From NCBI GenBank assembly GCA_037131105.1, contig JBAXRQ010000003.1, positions 1 through 54,605 on the forward strand: a DNA stretch of 54,605 bases, in the 5' to 3' direction. The notes under the pieces are model-generated. The model was not told the DNA's origin. It made no database searches and saw only the letters and a list, made by a program, of their open reading frames with translations. This document shows, one piece after another, positions 1-9,069 of the stretch. How positions within the stretch are numbered: position 1 is the first letter of the stretch; each line of letters opens with the position of its first letter. Origin of the DNA: a bacterium (GTDB lineage: Bacteria; Patescibacteriota; UBA1384; CAILIB01). A program made the translations under genes and the position numbers.

Positions 1-41
1 TACTCTCTTGTAAATTTAGCCATGCAAGGGTGGTTGGCGAA

Positions 42-1895
42 ATGAGCATCATCACCATTGACTTTGAAACGTACTACGACAAGGAGTATTCCCTGTCGAA
101 GATGACCACCGAAGAGTACATCAACGATCCGCGTTTTGAAGTCATAGGCGTGGGGATCAAGATTGATGATGGAGAGACTGAGTGGGAGGAACCCGATGCG
201 CTGGCTGGGGATCGCCTGTTGGACCGTGCATGGGACTGGTCCGAGCATGCCATCCTCTGCCACAACACTCTATTCGATGGGTTTATTCTCGCGCAGAAGT
301 ACGGCATCGTACCGGGCATGTGGTTCGATACGTTATCTATGGCGCGAGCTATCCACGGAGTGGAGGTGGGTGGGTCATTGAAGGCACTGGCTTCGCGTTA
401 TCAGATAGGGGAAAAGGGCGATGAAGTCATCACTGCTCTGGGTAAGCGACGGGCTGATTTCGATAGCGATGGGCTTCATAGGTATGGGGATTATTGCCGT
501 AACGATGTGGATCTTACTCATCGTCTGTTCGATATTCTCTCCAAGGGATTTCCAGACGATGAACTTAAGCTCATCGACCTCACCATCCGGATGTTCACAG
601 AGCCAACCTTCAAAGTAGACGACGCGCTGCTGATAGAACGCTTGAAGCATATCAAGGCTGAGAAGCTGGATCTGCTGCACAACATCATGGGGCATGCCGC
701 TGCCTCAGATGAGGCTGGCGTACAGAAGATACTTAGTAGCAATCCGCAGTTTGCGGCATTGCTTAAGACATTCAGCGTTGATCCTCCTATGAAGATCAGC
801 CCGACAACAGGCAAGGAAACTTATGCGTTTGCTAAAACTGACGAAGGTTTTATGGAACTGCAAGATCATCCAGACCCTATCGTCCAACAGCTATGCGCCG
901 TCCGTCTTGGTACGAAGTCAACCATCGAGGAGTCTCGCGTCGAGCGTTTTATCGGAATTGGTGGGCGTAATCGTGGCCGTCTGCCTGTTCCCCTTCGTTA
1001 TTACGGCGCTCATACTGGACGCTGGGCTGGCAGTGATTCTGTCAATTTCCATAATCTCCCTAGCCGTGATAAAGCCAAGAAGGCTTTAAAGAATTCCATC
1101 GTCGCCCCTGATGGGCATGTGATCATCAACTCAGACTCCAGCCAGATCGAGGCCCGTGTACTTGCATGGTTAGCGGGTCAGCAGGATGTTGTCGATGCGT
1201 TTGCTGAAGGCCGGGATGTCTATTCAGAGTTTGCCAGCAAGGTATTCAAGCGCCCTATAACGAGAGATGATCCCATAGAACGATTTGTAGGTAAGACCTG
1301 TGTTCTTGGATTGGGGTACGGGACAGGTGCCGCCAAGCTCCAAAGCACTCTTAAGCTAGGCGGCGCAGACCTATCATTAGATGTCTGCCAAGAGATGGTT
1401 AGCCTATACCGCAGGGAGAGCTACAAGATCACTGCGCTATGGAGAGATTGTGATCTTGCACTGCAGCAGATGATGAGCGGAATGGTGCAGGAGGCTCCAC
1501 TGGGGTCCAAGGGCATTCACTACGGTCCACTAGGAGTTAGGCTCCCGAATGGTTTGCATATCCGCTATCCCAAGCTCCATATGTCTGAGGGAAAAATCAT
1601 CTATGACTCCCGCAGAGGGCCGGTTAGTATCTGGGGTGGGGGAATGGTCGAGAACATCGTCCAAGCCCTAGCCCGGATCATTGTCGGCCAGCAGATGTTG
1701 TGGCTTGCAGAGTTAGGGTACCGCCCTGCACTTACGGTGCATGACTCGATAGTGTTCACAGTACATGAACGGCCAGAGATACTGAACGAAGCACTGCTGG
1801 CTATATCTCGCACGATGTCTACTGCGCCGTCTTGGGCGCTGGGTCTTCCAGTTACTTGTGAAGTTAAGTTCGGTAAAACATACGGGGAAGTTTGA
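42..1895 (+). CDS. polA: Family A DNA polymerase with 3'-5' exonuclease domain
   Basis: ExoI DFETY; motif A DSSQIEAR; motif B RFVGKTCVLGLGYG; motif C TVHDS; HTGRW. ATG at 42 preferred over GTG at 30. Confidence 0.97.
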   Translation: MSIITIDFETYYDKEYSLSKMTTEEYINDPRFEVIGVGIKIDDGETEWEEPDALAGDRLLDRAWDWSEHAILCHNTLFDGFILAQKYGIVPGMWFDTLSMARAIHGVEVGGSLKALASRYQIGEKGDEVITALGKRRADFDSDGLHRYGDYCRNDVDLTHRLFDILSKGFPDDELKLIDLTIRMFTEPTFKVDDALLIERLKHIKAEKLDLLHNIMGHAAASDEAGVQKILSSNPQFAALLKTFSVDPPMKISPTTGKETYAFAKTDEGFMELQDHPDPIVQQLCAVRLGTKSTIEESRVERFIGIGGRNRGRLPVPLRYYGAHTGRWAGSDSVNFHNLPSRDKAKKALKNSIVAPDGHVIINSDSSQIEARVLAWLAGQQDVVDAFAEGRDVYSEFASKVFKRPITRDDPIERFVGKTCVLGLGYGTGAAKLQSTLKLGGADLSLDVCQEMVSLYRRESYKITALWRDCDLALQQMMSGMVQEAPLGSKGIHYGPLGVRLPNGLHIRYPKLHMSEGKIIYDSRRGPVSIWGGGMVENIVQALARIIVGQQMLWLAELGYRPALTVHDSIVFTVHERPEILNEALLAISRTMSTAPSWALGLPVTCEVKFGKTYGEV

Positions 1896-2548
1896 TGATT
1901 AAGTGGTCTTTCAGCGGATTGAAGCAATACCTAAACTGCCCCAATCAATATCACGAGATCAAGATACTCAAGAACTATGAGATCAAAGTATCTCCCCAGA
2001 TGCTGTATGGCACTGAGGTGCATAAGGCGCTGGAAGATTACGCCCGTGATGGGATTGAACTACCTAAGTTCTACCTGAAGTACAAGCCGATGATAGATGC
2101 GTTGCTTGAGATCCCCGGAGAGAAGTACCTTGAATACAAAATGGCGCTCAGTGCAGACAAATTGCCTTGTAATTTTGACGCGCCCGACTATTGGGTACGA
2201 GGCATCGTTGACTTCATGGTCATCGATACAGACACTGCGTTCATCATTGACTACAAGACTGGTAGTGCCAAGTACCCCGATCCGAAACAGCTAAAGCTGA
2301 TGGCTCTGATGACGTTCGCTAGCTTCCCCTCTGTTAACCACGTAAAAGCAGGGCTGCTATTTGTGGCATATAATAGTTTCATGCCCGCAGAATATAGGCG
2401 GAAAGACATAGACCTACTTTGGAAAGATTTCTCAGTCGATCTGTCTAGGATGGAGCATTCAGCAGATAAAGACTGGTGGCCGATGAACCCCACTGGGCTA
2501 TGTGGCTGGTGCCCGGTCATCACTTGCGAACATCATAGGAGCCGATGA
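1895..2548 (+). CDS. Cas4/RecB-like PD-(D/E)XK exonuclease
   Basis: WSFSGLKQYLNCP N-terminus, GIVD...IIDYKTG catalytic motif, C-terminal CGWCP...C (four Cys, Fe-S type). TGATG coupling to polA. Confidence 0.9.
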   Translation: MIKWSFSGLKQYLNCPNQYHEIKILKNYEIKVSPQMLYGTEVHKALEDYARDGIELPKFYLKYKPMIDALLEIPGEKYLEYKMALSADKLPCNFDAPDYWVRGIVDFMVIDTDTAFIIDYKTGSAKYPDPKQLKLMALMTFASFPSVNHVKAGLLFVAYNSFMPAEYRRKDIDLLWKDFSVDLSRMEHSADKDWWPMNPTGLCGWCPVITCEHHRSR

Positions 2549-2549
2549 A

Positions 2550-2804
2550 ATGCCTTACACCAAGTCCCCCCGTCCCTATAAGCATGAGTATAAGAAACAA
2601 GTAGAGAGAGGCGAACATGAAGACCGTATGGAGCGCCAGCGGGCGCGTAGAAAACTGGATTCCAAAGGAGTCAGTAGAAAAGGCAAGGACGTTGCCCACG
2701 TTAAAGCCTTATCTAAAGGCGGGTCCAATGCAGATGGAGTTAGACTTGAGGCTCCCAGCAAAAACCGATCCTTCCCTCGCAAGTCCAGTGGAGCTATGAA
2801 GTAA
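2550..2804 (+). CDS. Small basic HNH-type protein
   Basis: KDVAHVKALSKGGSN...NRS resembles the HNH beta-beta-alpha motif. ATG at 2550 follows the upstream stop. Confidence 0.65.
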   Translation: MPYTKSPRPYKHEYKKQVERGEHEDRMERQRARRKLDSKGVSRKGKDVAHVKALSKGGSNADGVRLEAPSKNRSFPRKSSGAMK

Positions 2805-2813
2805 GGATTAGTA

Positions 2814-4394
2814 ATGGAAGTAATACAAGACACTGCAGTTAAATTAACGCTACGTAATGACATTGCTGACCGGGCGTTACAGTTCATCGATAAGTCTGAG
2901 AAGCTCCGCGAATTCAACGGGCGCAAGGAGATAGTGGTTTATTGGGGGCATGATGAGATCGAATCATTAGCAAGCATCATGGATAACAGTCCCGCTGCGA
3001 CGACGGACATACCGTCGCCAATGATCCGTGATTACGATTGGCCGGGGTTCTATACGCCGTTCGATCATCAGAGGAACACGGCTTCGTTCTTGTCCATTCG
3101 CCCCCGCGCATTTTGCTTTAACGAGGCAGGTACAGGTAAGACTTCTGCGGCTATCTGGGCTGCAGATTACCTAATGAAGCTCGATAAGATTAAGCGTGTG
3201 CTAGTGATCTGCCCGTTGTCCATCATGTCTAGCGCGTGGCGTGACGATATATTCAAGACCGCGATGCACCGCACAGTGGCAGTGGCACATGGCACGGCTA
3301 ACAAACGTAAGATAGTTATTGATGGTGAGTACGAGTTCGTAATTATTAATTACGATGGCGTTAACATCGTCAAAGAAGATCTTAAGAGAGCTAGGTTCGA
3401 CCTGATCATCATCGATGAAGCGAACGCATACAAGACCGCTTCTACGAAACGCTGGAAGACGCTGGCAAGCATCATCACACCCGCTACGCGGATCTGGATG
3501 ATGACGGGTACCCCCGCGAGTCAAAGCCCCGTGGACGCCTTCGGGCTGGCTAAGATGATCTCCCCGCATCGTATACCCAAGTTCATGACGGCATGGCGGG
3601 ATAAGGTCATGTTCCCGATCACCCGGTTCAAGTGGAAAGCAAAAGACACCGCTAAGAACGATGTCTACAGCGCACTACAGCCAGCGATACGCTACGCGAA
3701 GCGGGACTGTCTGGATCTACCAGAGGTAACGTATCAGACGCGAGATATCCCGATGACGGTACAGGCGGCGCGCTACTACAAAGAGCTTAAGCATGAGCTT
3801 CTCATTGAAGCTGCGGGCGAGCAGATCTCTGCAGTTAATGCAGCATCTGCCATGAGTAAGCTATTGCAGATTTCCGGGGGAGCGGTTTATACGGACCAGC
3901 ATGACATCGTTGAGTTCGACATCACGCACCGTCTCAAAGCTCTTAAAGAAGTACTTGACGAGACCTTGCACAAGGTGCTTATATTCGTACCCTTTCTGCA
4001 TACAATAGAAGTCATCACCAAGTTCCTTAACCAAGAAGGATTGAGTAACGAAGTCATCAAGGGCGATGTTAGTGCTAATGAACGTACTAGGATAATCAGT
4101 AACTTCCAGATGATGGAAGACCCAAGGATCCTAGTCATTCAGCCGCAGTCAGCCTCGCACGGAGTCACCCTTACAGCAGCGGATACCATTATTTTCTGGG
4201 GTCCAGTGCTTAGTGTCGAAACGTATATTCAGTGTATCGGACGTATTGATCGAGTTGGTCAAAAGAATAAATGCACAGTAGTCCATCTACAGAGTTCAGA
4301 CGCGGAGCGTAGGGTTTACTCGATGCTCCAAGGCAAAGTTGACAGTCACTTAAAGTTAGTAGATCTATACAGACAAGAGTTGGAGGAAGTATGA
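2814..4394 (+). CDS. SNF2-family (SF2) helicase
   Basis: EAGTGKT, ICPLS, IIIDEAN, MTGTP, HGVTLT, QCIGRIDRVGQ motifs. Confidence 0.93.
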   Translation: MEVIQDTAVKLTLRNDIADRALQFIDKSEKLREFNGRKEIVVYWGHDEIESLASIMDNSPAATTDIPSPMIRDYDWPGFYTPFDHQRNTASFLSIRPRAFCFNEAGTGKTSAAIWAADYLMKLDKIKRVLVICPLSIMSSAWRDDIFKTAMHRTVAVAHGTANKRKIVIDGEYEFVIINYDGVNIVKEDLKRARFDLIIIDEANAYKTASTKRWKTLASIITPATRIWMMTGTPASQSPVDAFGLAKMISPHRIPKFMTAWRDKVMFPITRFKWKAKDTAKNDVYSALQPAIRYAKRDCLDLPEVTYQTRDIPMTVQAARYYKELKHELLIEAAGEQISAVNAASAMSKLLQISGGAVYTDQHDIVEFDITHRLKALKEVLDETLHKVLIFVPFLHTIEVITKFLNQEGLSNEVIKGDVSANERTRIISNFQMMEDPRILVIQPQSASHGVTLTAADTIIFWGPVLSVETYIQCIGRIDRVGQKNKCTVVHLQSSDAERRVYSMLQGKVDSHLKLVDLYRQELEEV

Positions 4395-4792
4395 ATGAAG
4401 TAAACATGGAAGAATTAGTTTCGGCGTATCTCGCCGTTCGTACAGAGCGCGAGAAACTAACGATGGAGTTTGAGAGTGCGGATGCAGTCCTCAAGTCCGA
4501 TCTGCTAGAGATCGAGACGTTAATGTTGGCTACCTGTAATTCTATGAATGCTAATAGCATTAATACAGTACATGGTACGGTGATCCGCAAAATCAACGAG
4601 CGGTTCATCTGCAGCGATTGGGATAATTTCCGTAAGTTCGTGCTTGAGCATGATGCAGTCGATCTCTTTGAGAAGCGTATCCATCAGGGTAACTTCAGGG
4701 AGTTCATGGCTGACCATGCCGAGGACGGACTACCCCCCGGCGTAAATGTGATGCGAGAAGTTGGCATCACTGTTCGCAAAGCAAGTAAGTAA
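4391..4792 (+). CDS. Conserved phage replication-module protein, function unknown
   Basis: 133-aa ORF with ATGA coupling, N-terminal coiled coil, DWDNFRKFV...DLFEKRIHQ segment. Confidence 0.7.
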   Translation: MNEVNMEELVSAYLAVRTEREKLTMEFESADAVLKSDLLEIETLMLATCNSMNANSINTVHGTVIRKINERFICSDWDNFRKFVLEHDAVDLFEKRIHQGNFREFMADHAEDGLPPGVNVMREVGITVRKASK

Positions 4793-4805
4793 TCAAGGAA
4801 CTAAA

Positions 4806-5687
4806 ATGAGCAATGATCTAATTCAGTCTATCAAGAACAGCGGCCTCGCCACGATCCAATCAGGGGTCGATGACGATACCCGCGCAGTAGCCGGTACTGG
4901 CACGAACAACAAGCGCATCAGCATCAAGGGTGGTGTGTTCCGGAAGTTCGCTGGTGGTAAGGAAGTTGGCGCTATCGAAGACCGGCATATGAATGTCATC
5001 TTCGTGAAGATGGCGCATAACGCTGCCCGTACCTATTACGACAAGGGCTATCAGGAGGGCGTTAAGCTTTCCCCGCTGTGCTGGTCGTCAGATAGCAAGA
5101 CACCTGACGATGGGGTGAAGGCTCCGCAGTCAGACACTTGTGATAAGTGTCAGTTCAGTGCCAAGAACTCGGGCATGAATGGGACTGGAACGGCTTGCCG
5201 CCTCCAGTGGCGTACCGCTGTTGTCCTGCCGAATGACCCATCTGGGGATATCCTGCAGCTTGTCCTGCCAGCGACTTCGGTCTTTGGTAAGGAAGATAAT
5301 GGGAAGTTTCCCTTCCGCGCCTACGTGCAGATGCTCGCTAGCAACAACATCAGTGCTGGTCGTGTAGTTACTCGTATGCAGTTTGATACGAAGTCACCTG
5401 TCCCGAAGCTGCTGTTCTCCCCCGTGGATGCAGTATCAAGTACGGACATCGAGGCTGTCATTGAGCAGTCCAAGTCTGTTGCTGCTGAGAATGCAATCAA
5501 GCTGACGGTGTTCCAGCAGGATGGTGGTGAGGAAGTCGCCCAGCCAGCCGTACCGGGTTTCAGCCCGCACTCGGATGAGCGTAGCGAGGTTTCAGAACCC
5601 ACGCTCCGTGCCAGTGGTAAGGCTGAGGAAACCACGGAAGGCGGTGACATGCCCGATGCTGTCCGTCGTTGGAGTAAGAAGAAGTAA
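4806..5687 (+). CDS. Putative ssDNA-binding/annealing protein
   Basis: AAGGA RBS before ATG 4806; RISIKGGVF, Cys cluster (CWS, CDKC, CRL), acidic low-complexity C-terminus; position in the replication module. Confidence 0.6.
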   Translation: MSNDLIQSIKNSGLATIQSGVDDDTRAVAGTGTNNKRISIKGGVFRKFAGGKEVGAIEDRHMNVIFVKMAHNAARTYYDKGYQEGVKLSPLCWSSDSKTPDDGVKAPQSDTCDKCQFSAKNSGMNGTGTACRLQWRTAVVLPNDPSGDILQLVLPATSVFGKEDNGKFPFRAYVQMLASNNISAGRVVTRMQFDTKSPVPKLLFSPVDAVSSTDIEAVIEQSKSVAAENAIKLTVFQQDGGEEVAQPAVPGFSPHSDERSEVSEPTLRASGKAEETTEGGDMPDAVRRWSKKK

Positions 5688-5690
5688 CGT

Positions 5691-6002
5691 ATGCCACGCC
5701 CATTCGGTGACAAGCTTCTGTTGGAACTAGACAGATCTACAAGCACTAACATGGGCTTGAAGCTGGCACGGCTTTGTATTGAGGCTAAGATCCCCGCCGC
5801 CTATACCGCAGTAGCTTTGGAGGCTTCCAAGACTACTGTGCATAAATGGTTCAGAGGTATGGGGGTTCGTGAGAGCCGAAGCAAAGCCGTCAAGGCTTTT
5901 ATAGAGATGCTCGAAAGAGATCTGGCAGACGGCACATTACCTGCTAAGTCGCTCAAGGATGCAAAGTTCTATATCGCTGCAGCGATAGGAACTGAATTCT
6001 GA
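5691..6002 (+). CDS. HTH DNA-binding protein
   Basis: AAYTAVALEASKTTVHKWFRG matches an XRE/Cro-like HTH pattern. Confidence 0.65.
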   Translation: MPRPFGDKLLLELDRSTSTNMGLKLARLCIEAKIPAAYTAVALEASKTTVHKWFRGMGVRESRSKAVKAFIEMLERDLADGTLPAKSLKDAKFYIAAAIGTEF

Positions 6003-6027
6003 TTTGACAGGTAATGATCTTTAAGTA

Positions 6028-6052
6028 AGGCGGGGTCGCTCCCCGCTTTTTT
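6028..6052 (+). terminator. Rho-independent terminator between the HTH gene and the primase gene
   Basis: GCGGGG-tcgct-CCCCGC stem (6030-6046) followed by T6 (6047-6052). Confidence 0.7.
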
Positions 6053-6065
6053 AGTCTTGGTAGCC

Positions 6066-8873
6066 ATGCGACAAAAATTCTATGAAAGGGCACTACCGGC
6101 ACAAGGCGTCTATTGCGCAGCGGGGATCAAGCAGGGGAAAGTCCTGCATAGATTCGCTGAATCAATCGATGACCTAGTTCAACAAACCAATAACTTAAAA
6201 GGTGAAGGATTCAATGTTTATGTAGCTCCTAACTCATTTACTGGGTATAGCAGAAAGGCTGATAGCGCAGCTTGGTCTAGATCTTTTTTCATAGATCTGG
6301 ATGTCAATCATGGGGCTATCTGCTACAGCAGTAAGGATGAGGCGCTAGCGGAACTGAGCGCGTTCCTAACGAAGACACAGCTTCCCGCCCCCGTGCGGGT
6401 AGACTCGGGAACCGGTATCCAAGCCTACTGGCTCTTTGAAGAAGACATTGCCATCCATGAATGGCGGATATATGCAGAGTTATTCAGGGACTACTGCATA
6501 AAGAATAATCTGAAGATCGACTCAGCCATTACGGCTGATGCAGCGCGGCTTATGCGTTGTCCGGATACTCTTAACTACAAGACAGACCCACCCAATATTA
6601 CCCGCGTACTCGATAGCGAGTATCCGCAGTATGATTTCTGTGAGTTTAAAGAATTTTTGAATGAGTGGAGCGGGGTAGTACCAGAGCAGGATCACAAGTC
6701 CGTACTAGACGGCATCCAGAAAGGGTTCATTAGCGAGATCGATATCCAGCCGACTAGACTGAGATCATCGTTTGAAGTAATAGCCCAGAAGAGCGTTGAC
6801 GAAGAAGGCGGCTGCAACCAGATCAAAAATATAATCGAGTCCACACGGGTTGACTACAACTCTTGGATATCGATTCTATCAATAGCAGTTAACTGCATTG
6901 AAGGGTTTGAAGCCGTACATGAGTTATCAAAATATGACCCACGGTATAACGCAGCGCAGACTCAATCTAAGGCAGAGGAGTTCGTTGGGAACCCCTTTAA
7001 GTGTTCAACCTTTGAGAAGTACCGACCCAACGGATGCGATGGATGCCCTTACCACGGGAAAATCACTAATCCCCTCGCACTTGGACAAGTCGTTGAGGAA
7101 GTGCGGCCTGAAGAGAACGCAGTACGGGTTAAGGCTAAGGAAGACATAGAGTTTCCCGACTGCCTGAAACCCTATAGCCGTCACAGGGATGGGGGTATCT
7201 ATTACATTCCACCCCCGGCCAAGGATAAAGAAGGGAAGTTCCATCAGGATCCCCCGGTAAGGCTCACTGCCCATGATGTTTATCCCGTTACACGGATGTA
7301 CAGCAAGGGGGACGGGGGCAGCTTATTGATGCGCCATGTATTGCCAAAGGATCCTTTCCGAGAGTTCACGCTTAATTTAAGTACCGTCGTATCGATGGAC
7401 GATTTCAAGAAGGTACTAGCCCGGAACGACATCATGGTTCCGATTCCTTTAGTTCCTCGTATGTATGACTACATCTGCAAGTGGGTGGAGTACTACCAAC
7501 GACAGGAGGTAGCAGAAAATATGAGAATGCAAATGGGATGGACCGAAGACTACGAGTCTTTTGTCCTCGGGAACTTTGAGATCTCAAGGAAGGGCGAGCG
7601 TGTAGCCTCTACTTCCCCAATGATTAAGAACTCAGCTAAGTATGTCAGGCGGGCTGGGGATTACGAGACATGGCAGAAGTCAGCCAACATGCTGGATTTA
7701 CCCGGTTTCGAGACTCAGGCACTGGGACTCCTGATGGGGTTTGGCTCGCCCCTGATGCGACTCACCTCCACGGCTGGCTGTGCGATTAATTTCCTTAACT
7801 CCGACACCGGAGCGGGCAAGACCGCTGCTCTTTACTCAGGGCTTAGTGTATTTAGTGATCCACACAAGTCCAGTTTGATCGAGGGTAGCTCTACAGCTAA
7901 CGCCATGATCGGGCGGTATCTGGGCATGAAGAACATCATGTTTGGACTGGACGAGATCGGTAACTTTGATGCGAAGGAGCTTTCCCGCCTACTGCATATG
8001 ATCTCGCAGGGTAAGGCAAAAGCTCGTATGCAGTCCTCGGTAAACGCAGAGCGCGAGCTAGAGATGGAAGCATCCCTGCTACTGGGTAGCACTTCTAACC
8101 AGTCATTGTATGACAAGTTCTTTAGTATCAAGGCTAGGCCCGATGGAGAAATCGCCCGCATGATTGAGTTGGTAGTAAAGCGCCCCCCGCTTATGCACGA
8201 AGACTCTTTCAAATATGGCAACCAGATCTTCGATCCGTTCCGTACTAACTACGGGTGGGCGGGGCCAAAGTTCATCGAGCATTACTATAAAGTGGGGGAG
8301 CCATACGTCCGAAATATCATGAATCGGCGTACAGAATTGTTCTATAAAGACTACAGCAAAGACCCAGCGTACCGGTTCTACGCCAATGCTATCGTCTGTT
8401 GCTTTACAGGTGGGGAACTTGCCATTGAGGCAGGGATCATCAACATAGATATTGATCGTGTCTACAATAAAATTATCTTAGACATGATTCAGATAAGGGA
8501 TAAAACAGTGAAGCTTAATACCACAGACTATAAGGGACTACTGACCGAGTTCATGTACTCGCAGTTCCCTAACTTCCTGATTCTTGATGAGAACCGGGTT
8601 GTCAGCGAGCCTAGAAACTCCTTGGTAGGTCGCATCGAAGTCCACAATCAGGAGGTTTATATCTCCAAGCAGGAGTTCAAGAAGTTCCTAGCGACCAAGC
8701 AGATCAGTATGCGAGAGTTTGAGCTTCCTATGGAGAAGGAGGGCGTATTGGATCGATCAGAAAAGAAGCGCATGTCGGCGGGTTGGCGGGCTGGGATGGG
8801 CGCTACTCCTCCCATGAACTGCCTAGTATTCAAGACCCAGATTCCTAGCGACCTGATTAACCTAGATGCTTAA
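6066..8873 (+). CDS. Primase-helicase (AEP/RepB-like primase, PriCT-like/Cys domain, DUF927-like P-loop helicase)
   Basis: FFIDLDV, DSGTGIQAYW, RLMRCP, C...CDGC, Walker A SDTGAGKT, Walker B GLDE. Confidence 0.85.
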   Translation: MRQKFYERALPAQGVYCAAGIKQGKVLHRFAESIDDLVQQTNNLKGEGFNVYVAPNSFTGYSRKADSAAWSRSFFIDLDVNHGAICYSSKDEALAELSAFLTKTQLPAPVRVDSGTGIQAYWLFEEDIAIHEWRIYAELFRDYCIKNNLKIDSAITADAARLMRCPDTLNYKTDPPNITRVLDSEYPQYDFCEFKEFLNEWSGVVPEQDHKSVLDGIQKGFISEIDIQPTRLRSSFEVIAQKSVDEEGGCNQIKNIIESTRVDYNSWISILSIAVNCIEGFEAVHELSKYDPRYNAAQTQSKAEEFVGNPFKCSTFEKYRPNGCDGCPYHGKITNPLALGQVVEEVRPEENAVRVKAKEDIEFPDCLKPYSRHRDGGIYYIPPPAKDKEGKFHQDPPVRLTAHDVYPVTRMYSKGDGGSLLMRHVLPKDPFREFTLNLSTVVSMDDFKKVLARNDIMVPIPLVPRMYDYICKWVEYYQRQEVAENMRMQMGWTEDYESFVLGNFEISRKGERVASTSPMIKNSAKYVRRAGDYETWQKSANMLDLPGFETQALGLLMGFGSPLMRLTSTAGCAINFLNSDTGAGKTAALYSGLSVFSDPHKSSLIEGSSTANAMIGRYLGMKNIMFGLDEIGNFDAKELSRLLHMISQGKAKARMQSSVNAERELEMEASLLLGSTSNQSLYDKFFSIKARPDGEIARMIELVVKRPPLMHEDSFKYGNQIFDPFRTNYGWAGPKFIEHYYKVGEPYVRNIMNRRTELFYKDYSKDPAYRFYANAIVCCFTGGELAIEAGIINIDIDRVYNKIILDMIQIRDKTVKLNTTDYKGLLTEFMYSQFPNFLILDENRVVSEPRNSLVGRIEVHNQEVYISKQEFKKFLATKQISMREFELPMEKEGVLDRSEKKRMSAGWRAGMGATPPMNCLVFKTQIPSDLINLDA

Positions 8874-9069
8874 TGAGCATGAGGAACCAGAGTGGCTTTT
8901 TCCATTTGATTCAATGGAGGTAGGGGATAGCTTTTTTATCCCCACTCTGGAACCTTCAGGGCTTATTTATATAATCGATACCCGCGCCAAGGCAGCTAAA
9001 GTCCGAATCCGAGCTTATGCTTCGGTAAAGGACGGCTGTCTTGGCGTCAGGGTATGGAGGATGCGTTAG
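8866..9069 (+). CDS. Small conserved phage protein, possibly DNA-binding
   Basis: FPFDSMEVGDSFFIP...GVRVWR pattern; overlaps the primase stop. Confidence 0.65.
   Translation: MLNEHEEPEWLFPFDSMEVGDSFFIPTLEPSGLIYIIDTRAKAAKVRIRAYASVKDGCLGVRVWRMR

Noticed and set aside
1895-2548. Cas4-like gene as evidence of a CRISPR system
   Set aside because: No cas1/cas2 and no repeat-spacer array anywhere; stand-alone Cas4-like nucleases are usual in phage replication modules.
2550-2804. HNH gene as part of a self-splicing intron
   Set aside because: The flanking genes are complete and closely spaced, leaving no room for intron RNA structure.
3414-3425. Helicase motif II reads DEAN rather than DEAH
   Set aside because: The catalytic DE is intact and all other motifs are present; position 4 varies among phage SNF2-like helicases.
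6004-6009. Perfect TTGACA before the primase gene
   Set aside because: No acceptable -10 hexamer at 16-18 nt spacing; the position falls on the terminator stem.
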